A stretch of 30,820 nucleotides of DNA, taken from an uncultured Spirochaetaceae bacterium. GTDB taxonomy: Bacteria > Myxococcota_A > UBA9160 > UBA4427. Shown one piece after another: positions 1-8,606 of this stretch; the stretch's first letter is position 1, and each line of letters opens with the position of its first letter. The translations under genes were made by a program, and so were the position numbers. The notes under the pieces are model-generated. The model searched no databases. It had not been told where the DNA came from and saw only the letters and a program-made list of their open reading frames with translations. The stretch lies in contig CAYXLY010000001.1 in assembly GCA_964466005.1 (NCBI GenBank), positions 1 to 30,820 on the forward strand. The letters run 5' to 3'.

Positions 1-136
1 CGCCCCGTGCCCTCTTCCCCGCTCCGCCGAGAAGGCGGCTCGTGCCGTCTGGCGTCGACTCGTGTAATGTCCTCTCGGAGCCTCTCGCGGCATTTCCTGC
101 TCGGTCGAGAAGCCGTTGGGCGGCGCAAGAGGTCGT

Positions 137-298
137 ATGCTGAACGAGCTCGGGAGCTTCGGAGACTTCATCGGCGGCCTCGCCGTCGTCCTTTCTCTCG
201 TGTATCTCGCGAGTCAGATCCGTCAGAACACGGCGACCGTTCGGGTACAGACCGTGCAGCATCTGCTCACGGCTGACACGGGAGCGGCGGGACGGTAG
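137..298 (+). pseudogene. Truncated small membrane protein (53 aa), N-terminus of a common hypothetical family (..LGSFGDFIGGLAVVLSLVYLASQIRQNT..)
   Basis: AAGAGG RBS before ATG137. One hydrophobic helix followed by QIRQNT, which I recall from ~150-aa hypothetical proteins. Stops at TAG298. Confidence 0.5.
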
Positions 299-400
299 GC
301 CGGGCGCGATCCCTGGCATCGATCTCTGACAACCCGGCTCGGGAGCCCTCGAAAGCAATCCATCGCCGAGCCTTCGATCCCCTGGGCAGCAGGAAGCGCC

Positions 401-901
401 GTGCAGTTCGAGCAGTTCTTCTCGTCAGCGATCGAGGTCGCCATTGCCACGGCGGGATTCTCCGGCATCGTGGTCATCCTCGGCCAGAGGGGCCAGGGCA
501 TGTGGAATCAGGCCGATCTGGCTCGCGTCTCCCTGCTCCTTCAAGCGAGCTTCATCGCGATCTTCCTCAGCTTCCTGCCGCTCGTTCTGGACGGCGCGGG
601 GGTTTCGACTTCGATGATCTGGCGTGTCGGTAGTGGGTGCTTCATCGTCTACGCCTGCATTGCGATCCCCCTGCGACGTCGCGCGATTCTTCGCGTCCGA
701 TCGGAAGACCCGACGTACTCTGCAAGGCTGCTCTTCGTCCTCCTTCCCGTAGTCCTGTTCCTGGTGGGTCTGCAGCTGTACAACATCCTGGCCCTGGGAA
801 GCGGATGGCCTTTCGTGCTGACGGTGGTCTTCGAGATTGGCGTCGCGCTGCTCGCGTTCGTTCGATTGCTTCGGATGCTATGGGAGAGGTCTGCTGGCTA
901 G
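401..901 (+). CDS. Hypothetical integral membrane protein (~5 TM; EVAIATAGFSGIVV motif)
   Basis: 166-aa ORF, GTG start with AGGAAG upstream, alternating hydrophobic segments. Confidence 0.75.
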   Translation: MQFEQFFSSAIEVAIATAGFSGIVVILGQRGQGMWNQADLARVSLLLQASFIAIFLSFLPLVLDGAGVSTSMIWRVGSGCFIVYACIAIPLRRRAILRVRSEDPTYSARLLFVLLPVVLFLVGLQLYNILALGSGWPFVLTVVFEIGVALLAFVRLLRMLWERSAG

Positions 902-955
902 CCTTCGGAGGCCGCTGCCACTCGCCATCGGGCCCGACCATCCTCCTCGAGGAGA

Positions 956-1468
956 ATGACGTCCGTGATCGCACGCATCTCGACCCGGTTGGCCTGCTCG
1001 GAAGAGGAGCTCTGGCAGAGGATCCTCGAACCGAAGTCGCTGCAGTTCGTCGCTTCACCTCTCTTGAGCTTCGCGCCCGCGAACGAAGGCGACCTGGATG
1101 GCGAGTGGCAGGTGGGGACTCCCTATCCGCTCCAGCTCTACCTCCTGAAGTTCATCCCCTTGGGAGGGCATACGATCGAGCTGCTGAGCATCGACGAGAG
1201 GACGCATACCCTCGTCAGTCGAGAGAGGGGACGGCTCGCGCGGGTCTGGAACCATACGATCTCCTTTCAGCAGGCTGCGCCGGGCTTCGTCGATTACACC
1301 GACGAGATCGAGATTCACGCGGGCTGGCTCACCCCCGTCATCTGGTCGTTCGCGCAGATCTTCTATCGGCACAGGCAGCGACGCTGGAAGGTCTTGCTGC
1401 GGAAGAGGGATTCTCCCGGGCGATCGATTCCCGACCACGAGAGCTCGGAGGACCCGTCCCGGCGCTGA
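956..1468 (+). CDS. SRPBCC/START-fold-like hypothetical protein
   Basis: GAGGAGA RBS. Pattern ..EELWQRIL..WNHTISF..YTDEIEIHAG..FYRHRQRRW resembles SRPBCC ligand-binding proteins. Confidence 0.65.
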   Translation: MTSVIARISTRLACSEEELWQRILEPKSLQFVASPLLSFAPANEGDLDGEWQVGTPYPLQLYLLKFIPLGGHTIELLSIDERTHTLVSRERGRLARVWNHTISFQQAAPGFVDYTDEIEIHAGWLTPVIWSFAQIFYRHRQRRWKVLLRKRDSPGRSIPDHESSEDPSRR

Positions 1469-1684
1469 CCTGGATGACCCGGGGAGCCCCGCGGCGCGGG
1501 CTTCACTGGCGGAAGCCCGGATCCGGATGGGCGCCTGACTTGCATGATCCCCTTCCAGCGATCAGACTCCGATCCGTCCACGAGAGAAGCCGGCCGGACG
1601 CCTGGCGGCAATCCCTGAACTTCGACCGAATGGGCGTCGGCGATCCCTGCCGCCCGTCCGCCACTCCGTCGAGCGGTAGAACCG

Positions 1685-1792
1685 ATGTCGAGCCAATACG
1701 GTGCACTCCAGACCTTCGCCGAGATCTCGGTGGCGCTCATTCTGTCTTTTCTGAAGCTCCTCGACGACGCCTTCGGAATCGCGAGCCCGTAG
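1685..1792 (+). pseudogene. Probable internally deleted remnant of the 401-901 membrane protein family (MSSQYGALQTFAEISVALILSFLKLLDDAFGIASP)
   Basis: Hand translation. FAEISVAL resembles AIEVAIAT and ILSFLKLLDD resembles FLSFLPLVLD of the 401-901 protein, with the intervening ~35 aa missing. Confidence 0.3.
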
Positions 1793-1957
1793 ACCGGCTG
1801 CTCTCCGGGGATCCTCCTCCGGACGGGGAGCCGACCTCGGGGATCGCCTCCTTCATCGGGCTCGACGCCTGTGACCGGGCAGTCGGGTGGGCGTCCTTCG
1901 CGCCACATGCGTACACGACGGCTTCCTCGAGAAGCGGCACATGGGATCCGGGGGCAC

Positions 1958-2860
1958 ATGGCGAGTGGAGGTACGGCGTACGTCGCACTGGCGGCGCTCT
2001 GTTGGGGGCTCTCGGGCGGGATCGGCGGAGTTCTCATGGCCGACGGCTGGGACCCGTTCGTGGTGTCGTTCTACAGGGGCGCGATCGGACTGCTGTTCAT
2101 CCTCGCCTGGCTGGCCCTGCGCCCGCGAGGCAGCGGGCTGACCGACCGCCGACTCTGGCTCTGGTCGACGATCGCGGGCGTCGGCGTGGCCGGCAACTTC
2201 GCCTTCTATTTCGTGGCCATCGCGGAGGGCAGCGTCGCGGTGGCGGCGACGCTGATGTACTGCGCCCCGGTGTTCGTCTATCTCCTGTCCTTCAGTCTCC
2301 AGCTCGAGAGAGCCACACCGCTCAAGTGGGCTGCACTCGCCCTGGTCATGGGGGGCGTCGTGCTGCTGACACGCATCCTCGAGATCGGAGAGAGCGGTGT
2401 CACGCCGATCGCCGTCGGCGCCGGCCTGCTCTCCGGCCTGTCCTATACGGTGTTCATCTTCGGCTTCAAGTATGCGGCACCGCACGGGAGCCCCCAGGCG
2501 ATTCTCATGATCGCGTTCGCGGCACTCGTCGCCATACTCGTCTGGCCAGGCGATGCCGAACAGACCGTGGCCGTGCTGAGTACGCCCAGCTGGCCGCTCT
2601 TCGCAGGACTGGGGATCCTGGGCGCAGGATTGTCATTCGTCCTCTACATCGTCGGCCTGCACCAGACCGCGCCCGCCGTGGCCTCGATCGTGGCGATGGT
2701 CGAGCCGGTCACCGCGGCGTTGTTCGGCGTCGTGGTTCTGGACGAAAGCCTGGCTGGTCTCCAGATCATCGGCATGGGCCTGATCCTCGTCACGGTGACT
2801 GCGCTGAGCCTGAGCTCGAACGCTCGATCGGAGCCCCGAGGCGACGGATCCCGGGGCTGA
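1958..2860 (+). CDS. EamA/DMT family transporter (~10 TM)
   Basis: Two EamA repeats (ALCWGLSG; A..LMYCAPVFV; ASIVAMVEPVTAALFG). Start moved from 1871 to ATG1958, where the hydrophobic pattern begins. Confidence 0.9.
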   Translation: MASGGTAYVALAALCWGLSGGIGGVLMADGWDPFVVSFYRGAIGLLFILAWLALRPRGSGLTDRRLWLWSTIAGVGVAGNFAFYFVAIAEGSVAVAATLMYCAPVFVYLLSFSLQLERATPLKWAALALVMGGVVLLTRILEIGESGVTPIAVGAGLLSGLSYTVFIFGFKYAAPHGSPQAILMIAFAALVAILVWPGDAEQTVAVLSTPSWPLFAGLGILGAGLSFVLYIVGLHQTAPAVASIVAMVEPVTAALFGVVVLDESLAGLQIIGMGLILVTVTALSLSSNARSEPRGDGSRG

Positions 2861-2908
2861 CTCTCCTCCCGATCAGCGGGCCGGGCGTGGAGCCCGTCTC
2901 CTGGCTCC

Positions 2909-3781
2909 TCACTCGACCCGAACAGCCGAGGGAAGCCCGTTGCCCTTCACGGCGGCCTGCACGCCCTGGTCTCCATCGAAGGCTCGCGCGGCGCGGCGCG
3001 CATAATCCACGAAATCCCTCGGCTTTCGGCCCAGGACGCGCTCGACGTCGTCGGTCGTGAAGGCGTTGTGGCCGTCCATCAGCCAACCGAAGAGACCGAC
3101 GAAGAACGTCACCTCGTCCGACGGCATGACTTCGGCCAGCATGTCGCCATACTCCTCGAGCGACACCGCCGCGTAGCGCAGCGGGCGACCCGAAGCGCGG
3201 GCGAGGGTCTCGACCGCTTCTTCGAAGCCCAGCACGCGGGGGCCGGTCAGCTCGTAGGTCCGTCCTTCGTGGCGCGCTCGCGTGAGTGCGTCGACCGCGA
3301 CGTCGGCGATGTCGTCGCAGTCGATGAAGGGCTCGAGGGTCGAGCCGCCCGGAAAGGCGATCGTGCCGTCGACCGGACGGACCCAGCCCTCGTCGAAGTT
3401 CTGATCGAAGAACGCACACTCGAGGATCGTGAAGGGCACGCCGCAGGAGCGCACCGCGTCCTCGGCCGGACGGACCTGGGGCTCGCCGCGACCCGAGAGC
3501 AGGACGATCCGTCGGAGCCCGGAGTCGCGGGCGAGACCGGTGAGTCGGCGCACGTGCTCGGCGGCTCCAGGGATCGCGAGATCCGGTGAGTAGGTCACAT
3601 AGAGGGCGTGGGCGCCGTCGAGGGCTTGCTCCCAGCTGCTCTCGTCGTTCCAGTCGAAGCGAGTGGGCGTCGAGCGCGAGGCGAGCTGCACCGGCCAGCC
3701 GAGCGCCGTGAGGCGGTCGGCAACACGCCGTCCCGTCTTGCCCGCGCCACCCAGAATCACCGTCTTCATCGAATCCTTCAT
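2909..3781 (-). CDS. NmrA-like atypical SDR / NAD(P)H-binding protein
   Basis: GGAGKTG Rossmann motif, FIDCDDIADVA, YELTGP. GGAGG RBS before ATG3781. Confidence 0.9.
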   Translation of the reverse strand: MKDSMKTVILGGAGKTGRRVADRLTALGWPVQLASRSTPTRFDWNDESSWEQALDGAHALYVTYSPDLAIPGAAEHVRRLTGLARDSGLRRIVLLSGRGEPQVRPAEDAVRSCGVPFTILECAFFDQNFDEGWVRPVDGTIAFPGGSTLEPFIDCDDIADVAVDALTRARHEGRTYELTGPRVLGFEEAVETLARASGRPLRYAAVSLEEYGDMLAEVMPSDEVTFFVGLFGWLMDGHNAFTTDDVERVLGRKPRDFVDYARRAARAFDGDQGVQAAVKGNGLPSAVRVE

Positions 3782-3864
3782 GTTCCCTGGCCTCCTGTAG
3801 ATCGAGTGGCGGCAGGATCCATCCATGCGTAGAAGACTTCCAGAGACAAATATTCATAGTATCA

Positions 3865-3877
3865 TTGCATTCATGCA
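3865..3877. promoter_or_regulatory. Candidate LysR T-N11-A box (TTGCATTCATGCA, containing the TGCAT-TC-ATGCA dyad)
   Basis: Lies in the AT-rich spacer between divergent nmrA-like and lysR genes and overlaps the lysR start, the usual LTTR autoregulatory position. Confidence 0.4.
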
Positions 3878-4781
3878 TCCAACGGATCTCGTCCTCGACG
3901 ACCTGAGCTGGGACGACGTGCGTCTCTTCCTGGCGCTGGGCCGTTCCTCGACCGTCGGCGAGGCCGCCGGCACGCTGCGGGTGGATGCATCGACGGTCTC
4001 GCGCCGGCTCGCGGCGCTCGAGGCCCGCCTGGCCACGCGGCTCTTCGATCGGGGACGTTCCGGACTCGCGGCGACCGAGGCGGCGTTGGAGCTTCTTCCG
4101 ATCGCCGAGCAGATCGAGGAGGGCATCGCGCGTTTTGCGGGTGCTGCCGAGGGCTTCGAGCGCGAGGTGGCCGGCCGAGTCCGGATCAGCTGTCCGCCCG
4201 ACGCAGCGGAGGTCCTGCTGGCCCCGCTGCTTCCCGAGCTGCTGCGACGTCACCCGGCGCTGCAGATCGACGTCGAGGCAGGAGAGGGCGTGGTCGACCT
4301 GACTCGGCGCGAGGCCGACCTCGCGTTGCGGACCGCGCGCCCGAAGCATGGAGATCTGATCGTGACCCGGCTCCTCTCGGTCCGCTGGCGAGCCGCCACG
4401 GCGCCCGCGCTGGCGCGTCGGCTCGATCCACTTCGTGCCTGGGGCGATGCGCCCTGGATCGGGCCCGGAGACCGCCTGGCGGGCATCGCGGCGGCTCGCT
4501 GGCAATCGAAGCACGTCCCCGATTCTGCGACCTCGATTCGCGCGGACAGTCTTCGAACCCAGATCGCGCTGGCCGTCGCAGGCGCCGGCGTGGCCCTCCT
4601 CCCGGAGCGAAGCATCGAGTACTACGGACTCGAGCCCGTGAAGGTCGACCGGAGGCTGCGCGCGGCGGCGGCCGAGTGGCCCGAGGACGAGCTCCACCTC
4701 GTGACGCACCGCGCTCTGCGCCACGTACCGCGAGTGCGTGTGGTCTGGGAGCTCCTGCTCGAGAAAGTCGGACGACGATAG
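3873..4781 (+). CDS. LysR family transcriptional regulator
   Basis: N-terminal HTH (WDDVRLFLAL..AAGTLRVDASTVSRRLAALEARLATRLFDR), substrate-binding domain (DLTRREADLALR), divergent from its likely target. Confidence 0.95.
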   Translation: MHPTDLVLDDLSWDDVRLFLALGRSSTVGEAAGTLRVDASTVSRRLAALEARLATRLFDRGRSGLAATEAALELLPIAEQIEEGIARFAGAAEGFEREVAGRVRISCPPDAAEVLLAPLLPELLRRHPALQIDVEAGEGVVDLTRREADLALRTARPKHGDLIVTRLLSVRWRAATAPALARRLDPLRAWGDAPWIGPGDRLAGIAAARWQSKHVPDSATSIRADSLRTQIALAVAGAGVALLPERSIEYYGLEPVKVDRRLRAAAAEWPEDELHLVTHRALRHVPRVRVVWELLLEKVGRR

Positions 4782-4978
4782 GCGGACTGCCCGAGCGCGA
4801 CGAGAGCCCGACCCGGGTCCGGAACGAGGCGCGGCACTCAGGCGTTCGGATCGGGAGACCGAAGAGCGGGGAGGAGCGGCGAGCCGGCACCCTCGTCGCG
4901 CAGCAGGCAGGCTGACCTTTCGCACGTCCCACGTCGCATGTCGTCCCTCGACGACCTGCTCGAGGAGGATCCCCGACC

Positions 4979-5773
4979 ATGTCCCGTCCCCAGTCTCGTC
5001 GATGGGCGGGGCAGACCGTGGCCCCGCTGCTCCCGATCCTCGCTCTCGTCCTCGTCCTCGGCACGGGCTGTGGCGAGATCGATCTCGACCTCCTTCGGGA
5101 TCCGGATCGCCTCGTCGCCGGGATCCGCGCGCGGCTGGAGGACGAGGCTGGCGAACGCGGAGCGGCCTCGAATGGGGCGGCGACGACGCCCGCGCGATCG
5201 ACCGCCGCGACGGCCCCGACCGGGAAGAGCGATCCGACCCGGACGAGCGGCGCCGGTCCGCGCGCCCCCGACATGGTCTCGATCGGCGGCGAAGACTCCA
5301 ATCGGATCTACTACCAGTTCATCGACGACCGGGGCCGGGTCCACTTCGTGGAGAGACTGAGCGAGGTCCCCGCCGACTGGCGCGACCGCGTGGGCTTCGT
5401 CGAGATGGATCGTCCGCCCCCGCTGACCCCGCGCGAGGCCCGCCGGTCCTGGTCCCTGTCCGCCGACGAGACCGCGCGCCTGCTCGCTGCGCATCCCCCG
5501 GCGGCCCGACGCACCGGCCCTGGCGGTCGCTCGGACGCCTCCATCCTGCTCTACTCCGCGACCTGGTGCGGCTACTGCACCCAGGCCCGTCGCCATCTCG
5601 ATCGCGAGGGCATCGACTACGAGATCCGGGACGTCGACGTGCAGGCAGTCGCCCGCGAGCTGCGCGACAAGACCGGTCGGGGTGGGGTTCCCGTCCTCGA
5701 CTACGATGGCCAGATCCTGCGCGGCTACAGCGCCGATCAATACCAGCGGGCCATCGCCTCGATCCGGGGCTGA
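4979..5773 (+). CDS. Exported glutaredoxin/NrdH-like protein (CGYC) with a DUF4124-like middle domain; possible lipoprotein
   Basis: GAGGAGG RBS. Hydrophobic leader ending LVLGTGC; YYQFIDDRGRVHF; LYSATWCGYC..GVPVLDYDG..RGY. Confidence 0.85.
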   Translation: MSRPQSRRWAGQTVAPLLPILALVLVLGTGCGEIDLDLLRDPDRLVAGIRARLEDEAGERGAASNGAATTPARSTAATAPTGKSDPTRTSGAGPRAPDMVSIGGEDSNRIYYQFIDDRGRVHFVERLSEVPADWRDRVGFVEMDRPPPLTPREARRSWSLSADETARLLAAHPPAARRTGPGGRSDASILLYSATWCGYCTQARRHLDREGIDYEIRDVDVQAVARELRDKTGRGGVPVLDYDGQILRGYSADQYQRAIASIRG

Positions 5774-5776
5774 GCG

Positions 5777-5821
5777 GACGGGGAGGAGCCCCGATCCGGC
5801 CCCGAGCGCTCCCGCCCCGTC
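5777..5821. terminator. GC-rich hairpin between convergent genes
   Basis: GACGGGGAGGAGC pairs imperfectly with GCTCCCGCCCCGTC. No U-tract. Confidence 0.3.
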
Positions 5822-7304
5822 AGAACTCGTAGAAGAGCTCGGCCAGACCGGTGAGCTGATCGTCCCGGTCGCTTCTCGAATCGCTCCGGCTGCCGTTCGC
5901 GAAGAGCTCCGAGTTCGAGAGGTTCCGATCCCATCGGACCTCCCCCCGGAGCATCAGTCCTTCGGCCAGCCGGTGATCCAGCGTGGTCGTCCAGGACACG
6001 ATCTCACTCTGCCCGACGACCCCGTCGCCTAGCAAAATCGAGAACGGCTCGTCGCCGCCGGCGACCACGCCCGCGGGTCCGAGGGGCTCGGAGATCGGCT
6101 CGATGCGGGTCGCGGAGCCTCCCGGGGAGAGCGTCGTCGTCGTCGTGCTCCGCTGACGCCCCCGGACGAAGCTGCGATCCGCGCGGAGGTACTCGACGCG
6201 GGTCGCCAGCCCGGTCGCTTCGGTCAGCGCCCATCGACCTGCGCCGGCGACGCCGTGCACGTCGCCGTCGGCGGTGTCGTCTCCGTGCGTCCTCACCCAG
6301 GTGTAGTCGAGCCAAAGCGCGAGGTCGTCGGTCGGGAAGACTCGCACGACCGCGTCCAGAACCGACGTGAAGCAGTCGTCTCCCGAGTCACAGCGGTTCG
6401 TGCCCGGGGTCGAAGGGGGAAGCGAAGCGCCGGTGATCCGGTCGTCCTTTCCCCAGAAGCCGCCGACCTCGATCCCGAATCGGTCCCGGACCAGAGCGAC
6501 CTCTCCGTAGTAGACCTTGTCCCGGCTGGTATCGACGTTGGACGCGACGAAGACGTCGTTCACGATTCCCGCGGTGAGGACCAGCCCGTCTAAGACCGCG
6601 GTCGAGGCCTGGACGCCAGTCGTCGCATTCGGCTGGAGCTGGAAGAGGAGGCCCTGACTGATGTTGAAGTTCTGGCTGGTCTGCATGCTCTCGGCCCCGA
6701 GAACCTTGGGCAGCCGACCGGCGTCGAGCTGGACGCCGTGGCCCACCGGAGCGAGCCAGCTCGCGTAGGCGGTGTAGATCAATCCCGAATCCCGATCGCC
6801 ACCCTGGGACTCGGCGGTCTCGCCCCAGACGAGGTCCGCGTGAAACCCGCCTCGACTCTCCTCGGTCGGCGTCTTGTCCAGGGTGATCCATGCCTGGTCG
6901 ATCTGGAACGTATTGGCGTTCGGATGCCGGAAGGAGCCGAAGACGTCGCCATCGTCGTCGTCCGGATCGAGGAATCGGTAGCTGAAGCTCGACGCGAAGA
7001 CGCCGCTCACCTCGACCCTCTCGACGAATCGGCCGAGCCCCGAACGCGTGCCCGCCTCGTGCTCCTCGACGAGGCCGGCGTCGGACAGCCTCTCCTGCTG
7101 CTCGTCCACCTTCGTCTTCGCAGCCTCGAGCGCTGCGGAGGTCGCCTCCAGCCGATCCTCCATCTCGGTCAGCCGCTGCTCCATCGAGCGGAGCTGTGCC
7201 TCGACCTCGGATCCGGTGGCGGAGGCAGCAGCGGCCTGCGCGGCGAGTCCTGCCATCGCGAATGCCGCGACGAGTCCGGCCTTCTTCATCGAGTCGATCG
7301 GCAT
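5820..7304 (-). CDS. Outer-membrane beta-barrel porin (BBP2/DUF1597-like) with N-terminal coiled coil
   Basis: Signal peptide (MKKAGLVAAFAMAGLAAQAAA), coiled coil, FQIDQAWITL, YTAYASW, LDAGR..LGAE..NFNIS, C-terminal aromatic strand ending YEF. Confidence 0.85.
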   Translation of the reverse strand: MPIDSMKKAGLVAAFAMAGLAAQAAAASATGSEVEAQLRSMEQRLTEMEDRLEATSAALEAAKTKVDEQQERLSDAGLVEEHEAGTRSGLGRFVERVEVSGVFASSFSYRFLDPDDDDGDVFGSFRHPNANTFQIDQAWITLDKTPTEESRGGFHADLVWGETAESQGGDRDSGLIYTAYASWLAPVGHGVQLDAGRLPKVLGAESMQTSQNFNISQGLLFQLQPNATTGVQASTAVLDGLVLTAGIVNDVFVASNVDTSRDKVYYGEVALVRDRFGIEVGGFWGKDDRITGASLPPSTPGTNRCDSGDDCFTSVLDAVVRVFPTDDLALWLDYTWVRTHGDDTADGDVHGVAGAGRWALTEATGLATRVEYLRADRSFVRGRQRSTTTTTLSPGGSATRIEPISEPLGPAGVVAGGDEPFSILLGDGVVGQSEIVSWTTTLDHRLAEGLMLRGEVRWDRNLSNSELFANGSRSDSRSDRDDQLTGLAELFYEF

Positions 7305-7603
7305 GGAAGATCCGCCTTTGTCCTGCTCGCGGCCGCCCTCGTCGCAAGGCCCTGGACCGGGTGCTGCGACAGGACGCGACCGGCCTGCACGAGAGTCGCA
7401 GCGCCTACCGTGCGAGGAGTAGCACAGGGATGACGGGGGCTTGAGGCGGAGGGTCTTCCGTCGAGCGCTCGCCACAGCTCCTCGCCGCCTGTCATGGAGG
7501 ACGCCGTCGGCCGGCGCAGGAGGCGCCCGCGCGGGGGTCTGGAGGTCGAGGACCACGCGAGAGGCGAGCCCGAGACCTCCTCGCTCCCCTTTGCCTGCCT
7601 CCC

Positions 7604-7609
7604 TATAAT
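7604..7609 (+). promoter_or_regulatory. Perfect TATAAT, possible sigma70 -10 for the DUF2062 gene
   Basis: Consensus -10 in very GC-rich DNA, ~100 bp upstream of ATG7712. The -35 at 17-bp spacing (TCGCTC) is poor. Confidence 0.3.
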
Positions 7610-7711
7610 CCGGGGCTGCGACGACCATTCTGGCGACGCGACAGCCGACGGGAGGGGAGCGGCAACGGACAGCCCTCTGCGTCGAGCGGGAAGGCCCCCC
7701 GAAAGGAATCG

Positions 7712-8416
7712 ATGATCGGTCCCGAACCCGTCCCGGGGGACGCTTCGCTCGGCTGGCTCGGCGTGAAGCTCCGACAGGGGACGCAGCCCACTCGTCGGCG
7801 GATCCAGCGCTGGCTGGAGACGCATCCCCGTGTCTCCCGTTTTCTCGAGCGCAGCGGCTGCCTGCATGTGGACGAGGCCACGGTGGCGCGGGGGCTGGCC
7901 GTCGGGCTCTTCGTCGGGTTCACCCCGACGGTCGGCATCCAGACGATCATGATCCTGGCGGGCTCGCTGTCGTTCAGGGCCAACTTCATCGCCGCCTTCC
8001 TCGTCTCGAACATCAGCAATCCGTTCACCATCGCGCCGCTCTATTACGGCTTCAACCGACTCGGTGAATGGCTGATGGCACGGCTGCCGATCTCGCATGC
8101 GTCGGTCCTCGACACCGGCGACGAGATCGCCCATGAGACGCTGGCGATGCTGATCGGCAGCATGATGATCGCGATCCCGATGGCCGCGATCGGATACCTC
8201 CTCTTCCTGAAGCTCGGACGCATGCTCGATCTGCACGCCTTCCATCACTCCACCCGGCGTGAAGAGGCCACCCGGCGTGAAGAGGCCACCCGGCGTGAAG
8301 AGGCTCCACCTCGAGGCTCGGCCCTGCAGCAGGACGAGACGCGACGCCCCGAGGAGGGGATTTCGGGGGATCGGCCGGGCCCGATTCCGGATCCGAAGAG
8401 AACGCTCCGATTCTAG
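7712..8416 (+). CDS. DUF2062 domain membrane protein
   Basis: AAAGGA RBS. ARGLAVGLFVGFTPTVGIQ..SNPFTIAPLYY..LIGS matches my recollection of DUF2062. Confidence 0.85.
   Translation: MIGPEPVPGDASLGWLGVKLRQGTQPTRRRIQRWLETHPRVSRFLERSGCLHVDEATVARGLAVGLFVGFTPTVGIQTIMILAGSLSFRANFIAAFLVSNISNPFTIAPLYYGFNRLGEWLMARLPISHASVLDTGDEIAHETLAMLIGSMMIAIPMAAIGYLLFLKLGRMLDLHAFHHSTRREEATRREEATRREEAPPRGSALQQDETRRPEEGISGDRPGPIPDPKRTLRF
8250..8303 (+). repeat. Perfect 18-bp tandem repeat x3 (CCACCCGGCGTGAAGAGG), in frame (TRREEA)
   Basis: Read directly from the sequence. Confidence 0.95.
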
Positions 8417-8606
8417 AAGGAGCGACCGCTATGCCTGCGATCTCGCGCCTCGATCTCGGGTAGAATCCACGCACCTTGCTCGGTCGGAGCGGGGTTGGAC
8501 TAGACTTTCGCGAGTCATGGCGTACGCGGCGTCTGCGGCGTACGCGGCTCTCAGGGCTCGCGCGATTCGCACGGTTTGCGCGGCGCGCGACAGGAAGGAT
8601 CCAATC

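Noticed and set aside
2924-3024. 10-bp inverted repeat AGCCGAGGGA/TCCCTCGGCT
   Set aside because: Short, GC-rich, inside coding sequence, 80 bp apart; plausible by chance.
637-3060. 807-aa plus-strand ORF
   Set aside because: Alternative-frame shadow over three real genes; Arg/Pro-rich, no motifs.
2790-4925. 711-aa minus-strand ORF
   Set aside because: Shadow of the nmrA-like and lysR genes; stop-poor frame expected at high GC.
7305-7711. 400-bp divergent spacer examined for a riboswitch or sRNA
   Set aside because: No recognisable conserved RNA motif; an Infernal/Rfam scan would be needed.
8259-8606. Long N-terminal extensions given by the ORF track (also for 5820, 10135, 12024, 16592, 24213, 27720 ORFs)
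   Set aside because: Downstream starts have RBSs and coincide with family N-termini or signal peptides.
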